Positions 27,865-32,000 of a stretch of DNA of 32,000 nucleotides are shown in pieces (position 1 is the stretch's first letter; each line of letters begins with the position of its first letter). The position numbers were made by a program, and so were the translations under genes. The stretch is taken from positions 1,590,001-1,622,000 of the forward strand of contig NC_007335.2 in the NCBI RefSeq assembly GCF_000012465.1, read 5' to 3'. A model generated the notes under the pieces. The model had not been told where the DNA came from and made no database searches. It saw only the letters and a program-made list of their open reading frames with translations. Origin of the DNA: Prochlorococcus marinus str. NATL2A (lineage in GTDB: Bacteria; Cyanobacteriota; Cyanobacteriia; PCC-6307; Cyanobiaceae).

Positions 27865-28887
27865 GTGATTAATCCAAATTCAACTTGCAATTCGGAAGCT
27901 CTCAAAAAAGGTAACTGGGTAAAATTAATCTGTGGTGCAAGTAATCAAGATTTACCTTCAATAAATGATCTTTGCTCAATTTATGGGGCTGCAGGGGTTC
28001 ATTGCATTGACCTCGCTGCCGACGAAGCTGTTGTTCTTGCAGCTCGCAATGCTATTGATTGGGTTTTCGAAACCTATGGGAAAAAACCATGGCTGATGAT
28101 CAGTTTAAGTGATGGGAAAGATTCGCATTTTCGCAAAGCTTGGTTTAATCCAGACCTATGTCCATCGAATTGCTTAAGACCCTGTCAAAATATTTGTCCG
28201 GCTCACGCGATTGAAAACGCAGGTGGTGTAAATGCTAAAAAATGCTATGGATGTGGTCGATGTATTGATACATGCCCTTTAGGCATTATTCACGAAAAAG
28301 ATCGAAGATTAACTCTGAGAGATTTCGCTCCATTGTTAACCACTATCAAACCAGATGCAGTAGAAATTCATACTGCTCCAGGAAGAGGCAAAGAATTTGA
28401 AAAAACAATCAAGGAAATTTTCAAAGGCGACCTGCAGCTAAAGCGATTATCTGTTAGTTGCGGTTTACAAGGACATGGAATAAACCATGAACAATTAGCA
28501 GAAGAACTTTGGCTGCGACATAAATTCCTGAGAATTCATAATCAAAAACCTCTTTGGCAAATTGATGGGCGTCGAATGAGTGGAGATCTCGGAGCAGGTG
28601 CGGCCAAAATCGCCGTAAAACTTTGGGAAAGATTACGCCCAATTGCTCCACCAGGCCCGTTGCAACTTGCTGGAGGGACTAATGAATCAACAATTAAGTA
28701 CCTCCCAGGGATTAAAGGACCTGAAGGAATTGCTTTTGGAGGAAAAGCAAGAAAGATAATCCAACCATGGCTAGAAGAAGCTCAACGAAAAGGAATTAGT
28801 CTTAGAGAATGGCCCGAAGGCTGGGAGGCGGCTCTTTCAGAAGCAAAGCGACTAATAAATCCTTGGCTTGTAAGAAAATCTTTATAA
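27865..28887 (+). CDS. ldpA: 4Fe-4S cluster protein, LdpA-like (light-dependent period modulator family)
   Basis: Two ferredoxin-type Cys clusters (CPSNCLRPCQNICP and CYGCGRCIDTCP) in an approximately 340-aa cyanobacteria-type protein. The family assignment is from memory, not a search. Confidence 0.55.
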   Translation: MINPNSTCNSEALKKGNWVKLICGASNQDLPSINDLCSIYGAAGVHCIDLAADEAVVLAARNAIDWVFETYGKKPWLMISLSDGKDSHFRKAWFNPDLCPSNCLRPCQNICPAHAIENAGGVNAKKCYGCGRCIDTCPLGIIHEKDRRLTLRDFAPLLTTIKPDAVEIHTAPGRGKEFEKTIKEIFKGDLQLKRLSVSCGLQGHGINHEQLAEELWLRHKFLRIHNQKPLWQIDGRRMSGDLGAGAAKIAVKLWERLRPIAPPGPLQLAGGTNESTIKYLPGIKGPEGIAFGGKARKIIQPWLEEAQRKGISLREWPEGWEAALSEAKRLINPWLVRKSL

Positions 28888-29069
28888 TTGATTTTTTCTA
28901 GCTAAATCAATCATTCGAAAGCACAAGTCGAGCTTTAATAATGAATATTTTTTCCGATTAACTCAAAAAAACTGGATAAAGACATGACAGGATTGAATCA
29001 AATATGCAATTATCTAAGAGATAGAATCCAAATCTTTGTCACTCCATTGCAAACATAGATTTGGAACAA

Positions 29070-29141
29070 TGGGCCGTCGCCAAGTGGTAAGGCATCGGGT
29101 TTTGGTCTCGACATTCCTAGGTTCGAATCCTAGCGGCCCAG
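29070..29141 (+). tRNA. tRNA-Gln, anticodon UUG
   Basis: Hand-folded. Acceptor stem TGGGCCG/CGGCCCA, anticodon stem TCGGG/CTCGA with loop TTTTGGT, T-arm CTAGG-TTCGAAT-CCTAG. It closely resembles the E. coli tRNA-Gln layout. Confidence 0.9.
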
Positions 29142-29154
29142 TTTTCAAGAATTA

Positions 29155-29934
29155 GTGATAGATAAACCTTTACTTGTACTGGATTTTGATGGTGTCATAG
29201 TTGACGGCATCAAGGAGTATTGGTCAAGTTCTCATCAAACTTGTCTAAACATATGTTCTGCCAAAGAAAAAGAAATAATTTCTTTTTCTAGTGAGATTCC
29301 CGCAGCTTTTAAAACTCTGAGACCCTGGGTTCATCATGGTTGGGAAATGGTTATATTGGCTGCTGAATGTTCAGATAAAACTAGTCAACTAAACTTAAAA
29401 GGTATTGAGAGTTTCTCAAAAAATTACTCAAAAGAATGTACTTCAGCACTTAATCGACGAGGTTGGACACCTTTTAAATTACAAGAAGCTTTAAATCAAA
29501 CTAGAAGAGAAGCAATATCAAATAATTTCAATCAGTGGTTAAATTTGCATCAGCCTTTTTCTTTAGTCACTCAACGCCTCAAAAAACTTGAGAAGGAAGG
29601 CATTGAATTTGCTGTTTTAACAACAAAAAGTATCGAGTTCACAAAAAAACTTTTGGATTGTTTCGATCTTCATCCAAAGCTTGTTTTCGGTCATGAATCA
29701 GGGAGCAAAGTCGATGTCTTGAACCAACTCTTACAGAAAAGAATAATTCGAGGGTTTATTGAAGATCGTAGAACTACCTTAGAAAAAGTCTTGGAAGATC
29801 AAACCCTGAGATCTATCCCTTGTTACTTAGCAAACTGGGGATACTTGAAACCTCAGGATCGAAATAATCTTCCTTCTGGTATTAAATTACTAAATTTAGA
29901 TATTTTACGAGAACCTATCTCGAAGTGGTCTTGA
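29155..29934 (+). CDS. HAD-superfamily hydrolase
   Basis: N-terminal motif I LVLDFDGVIVDG. GTG start. 259 aa. Confidence 0.7.
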   Translation: MIDKPLLVLDFDGVIVDGIKEYWSSSHQTCLNICSAKEKEIISFSSEIPAAFKTLRPWVHHGWEMVILAAECSDKTSQLNLKGIESFSKNYSKECTSALNRRGWTPFKLQEALNQTRREAISNNFNQWLNLHQPFSLVTQRLKKLEKEGIEFAVLTTKSIEFTKKLLDCFDLHPKLVFGHESGSKVDVLNQLLQKRIIRGFIEDRRTTLEKVLEDQTLRSIPCYLANWGYLKPQDRNNLPSGIKLLNLDILREPISKWS

Positions 29935-29942
29935 CTTAATAG

Positions 29943-29956
29943 CGTACGTCTGTACT
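29943..29956. promoter_or_regulatory. Candidate LexA (SOS) box: cGTACgtctGTACt
   Basis: The palindromic GTAC-N4-GTAC core lies about 90 bp upstream of the recA start. It fits the GTAC...GTWC core described for cyanobacterial LexA sites, recalled from the literature. Confidence 0.45.
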
Positions 29957-30046
29957 ATCGGTTTAATTGCTATTCGTTGAGGAGCTGAGTATTTCATCAT
30001 CAATCCCAACGTCTTTTGTTATCCCTCTGAATTAAAGTTATTTATC

Positions 30047-31180
30047 ATGTCAAACGAAGGTAAGCCACTCCAATTAACTGAATCTAAGAAAATAGACGCA
30101 AAATCTGGAGAGAAAGAAAAAGCATTGAGCTTAGTTGTTGGGCAAATAGAACGCAATTTCGGAAAGGGTTCGATCATGCGTCTTGGCGACGCATCAAAGA
30201 TGCGGGTAGAAACAATATCTACGGGCGCTTTAACTCTTGATTTAGCTCTTGGTGGAGGCTATCCCAAAGGACGTGTAATTGAAGTTTATGGTCCCGAAAG
30301 TTCTGGAAAAACAACGCTGACATTACATGCAATAGCAGAGATTCAACGTAACGGCGGAGTTGCTGCTTTTGTAGATGCAGAACATGCTCTTGACCCAGTC
30401 TATGCAGCTTCGCTTGGTGTTGATGTAGAAAATCTTCTCGTATCTCAACCGGATACAGGTGAGATGGCATTGGAAATCGTTGACCAACTTATTAGATCTG
30501 CTGCAGTCGATCTAGTAGTTGTTGATTCAGTCGCTGCACTGACGCCCCGTTCAGAGATAGAAGGAGAAATGGGTGATCATTCAGTAGGTGCTCAAGCTCG
30601 TCTAATGAGTCAAGCAATGAGAAAAATTACTGGAAATATTGGAAAGTCTGGTTGCACAGTAATTTTCTTAAATCAATTACGTCTAAAAATTGGTATTACA
30701 TATGGGAATCCAGAAACAACAACTGGTGGAAACGCTCTTAAGTTTTATGCCTCTGTAAGATTAGATATTCGTCGTATCCAAACGTTAAAGAGAGGAACTG
30801 AAGAATATGGAATTCGTGCAAAAGTGAAAGTTGCAAAAAACAAAGTTGCGCCTCCATTTCGAATAGCCGAATTTGATATTCTTTTTGGGAAAGGAATTAG
30901 TACTCTTGGTTGTCTTCTTGATTTAGCAGATGAGACTAATGTCGTTACTCGTAAAGGAGCTTGGTATAGCTATGAAGGTGACAATATTGGGCAAGGGAGA
31001 GACAACACCATTACTTGGCTTGAACAAAATCCTGAATCAAAAGAAATAATTGAAAAGTTAGTTAAAGAAAAATTAACTGAGGGCTCAGAAGTAAGTGCTA
31101 ATTCAATGAGACCATTAGCGTCAGCGGCTCGACAAGCTTCTTCACGACCAAACCTAAGCCAAGTTTCAGCGAACGGTTAA
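30047..31180 (+). CDS. recA: Recombinase RecA
   Basis: Walker [10 protein letters not shown] and typical RecA core motifs. 377 aa. Confidence 0.97.
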   Translation: MSNEGKPLQLTESKKIDAKSGEKEKALSLVVGQIERNFGKGSIMRLGDASKMRVETISTGALTLDLALGGGYPKGRVIEVYGPESSGKTTLTLHAIAEIQRNGGVAAFVDAEHALDPVYAASLGVDVENLLVSQPDTGEMALEIVDQLIRSAAVDLVVVDSVAALTPRSEIEGEMGDHSVGAQARLMSQAMRKITGNIGKSGCTVIFLNQLRLKIGITYGNPETTTGGNALKFYASVRLDIRRIQTLKRGTEEYGIRAKVKVAKNKVAPPFRIAEFDILFGKGISTLGCLLDLADETNVVTRKGAWYSYEGDNIGQGRDNTITWLEQNPESKEIIEKLVKEKLTEGSEVSANSMRPLASAARQASSRPNLSQVSANG

Positions 31181-31199
31181 AGGTAAAACATACTTGGCT

Positions 31200-31439
31200 T
31201 TATCTGATATCAGCAGGAATCCACCACCCTGCTGCAGGACCAACAAAGCGAACAATGATCCAAAGAATAACTAAAGCAGCAATACCTATCCATCCTGCGC
31301 GAATACTTAATTGTATAAATTGATCTCTTTGCGCTTGCGTAACAGGAAACCAAGAAACAATACGAGGTGACTCACTCCTAGGATTTTTCTTATTACGAGG
31401 TTTCAAGCCTTGCTCAGATCTTCGGCGTGCTTCTCCCAT
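31200..31439 (-). CDS. Small conserved cyanobacterial membrane protein (DUF2839-like)
   Basis: 79 aa with a basic N-terminus and one clear TM segment (WIGIAALVILWIIV). The family name is from memory. Confidence 0.55.
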   Translation of the reverse strand: MGEARRRSEQGLKPRNKKNPRSESPRIVSWFPVTQAQRDQFIQLSIRAGWIGIAALVILWIIVRFVGPAAGWWIPADIR

Positions 31440-31476
31440 TATAAAAAAAAATATTTTTTAATCTAAGAGATTGATT

Positions 31477-32000
31477 TTAATAAGGCAACAAACGCTCTAA
31501 AGCAACCCACGGTTCAAGAGCTTCGAATATTAGTTTTCCCCAATTTCTATAGCGCATGCGGCCGTCAAGGATAGCGACTCGAACATCTTTCCCCCTAATA
31601 ATAGCAAGCGATTTGAGAAGGATGGCAAGGGTTTCTGGGAAAAGGAATTCTCGAAACCAGTCACGACCTTGATGCTTAAGCATTTCAACTTTAGCGGCAA
31701 TCCAAGGTGATTCTAAAGTAGGCAATGGAATCACTGGAAAAATTAATTGATCTGGCGTTGGTAAATTGTACTGATTAACAATCCACCACTGACAACTACA
31801 ACAAACAATCCCATTAGTCTCAATATTAGTCGTTTCATGAACGACTCTCAATCCAAATTCTCCAGCTAGTTCACTAGTTATCTGAAGTCGTAGTTGCAAG
31901 TCATCTACCAAAACAATAGTTGGATGAGTACGCCCAAGAATTAATCTTTGACACTGTCTTATAATATGACGATAAAAATGAGACGTATTCGGCAAAGGTT
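31477..32000 (-). CDS. DinG-family helicase-like protein, C-terminal part; the gene runs off the window
   Basis: The pattern IPLPTLESPWIAAKVEMLKHQGRDWFREFLFPETLAILLKSLAIIRGKDVRVAILDGR resembles the helicase_C_2 region of DinG/Rad3-like helicases. The TTG at 31995 is probably not the true start. Confidence 0.5.
   Translation of the reverse strand, partial: PLPNTSHFYRHIIRQCQRLILGRTHPTIVLVDDLQLRLQITSELAGEFGLRVVHETTNIETNGIVCCSCQWWIVNQYNLPTPDQLIFPVIPLPTLESPWIAAKVEMLKHQGRDWFREFLFPETLAILLKSLAIIRGKDVRVAILDGRMRYRNWGKLIFEALEPWVALERLLPY

Noticed and set aside
29029-29065. 9-bp perfect inverted repeat (TCCAAATCT...AGATTTGGA) just upstream of tRNA-Gln, and a 7-bp inverted repeat (TTGATTT...AAATCAA) after the ldpA-like stop at about 28889-28911
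   Set aside because: These are plausibly an ordinary terminator or processing hairpins between a CDS and a tRNA gene. Nothing about them suggests a distinct element, and there are no partial tRNA-Gln duplications nearby.

Overview
Low-GC chromosome segment that looks like a marine picocyanobacterium (Prochlorococcus-like), judged from gene content and order. It splits into two parts.

(1) Positions 1-8576 are an accessory genomic island next to an intact tRNA-Ser(GCU) gene (8577-8665, minus strand).
- Two more partial copies of the tRNA 3' end lie at 645-658 and 1523-1535, each with flanking homology. They look like scars of repeated site-specific integration.
- Each junction carries its own family of short C-rich direct repeats. 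No integrase is visible in the window.
- Cargo: two convergent paralogous TPR proteins, several small orphan ORFs, a Cys-rich zinc-ribbon-like ORF, and a tightly coupled three-gene operon of unknown proteins.
- The two TPR proteins share an N-terminal leader and eight near-identical 34-aa TPR units. One ends in a GT9-like glycosyltransferase domain, the other in a sulfotransferase domain.
- Two of the three operon proteins have hydrophobic N-termini and several cysteines.

(2) Positions 8577-32000 are core genome.
- Gene order: tRNA-Ser, alr, a conserved HNH protein, prfA, then the minus-strand ribosomal supercluster (rpmE-rpsI-rplM, truA-rplQ-rpoA-rpsK-rpsM, rpmJ-adk-secY-rplO-rpsE-rplR-rplF-rpsH-rplE-rplX-rplN-rpsQ-rpmC-rplP-rpsC-rplV-rpsS-rplB-rplW-rplD-rplC).
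- It continues with ndhN, an LdpA-like Fe-S protein, tRNA-Gln(UUG), a HAD hydrolase, recA (with a LexA-box-like palindrome upstream), a small membrane protein, and the C-terminal part of a DinG-like helicase.

The best candidates for something new are all in the island: the att-scar and repeat architecture, the TPR enzyme pair with possible inversion-driven domain swapping, and the orphan three-gene operon. All functional calls come from reading the translations; no database search was possible.
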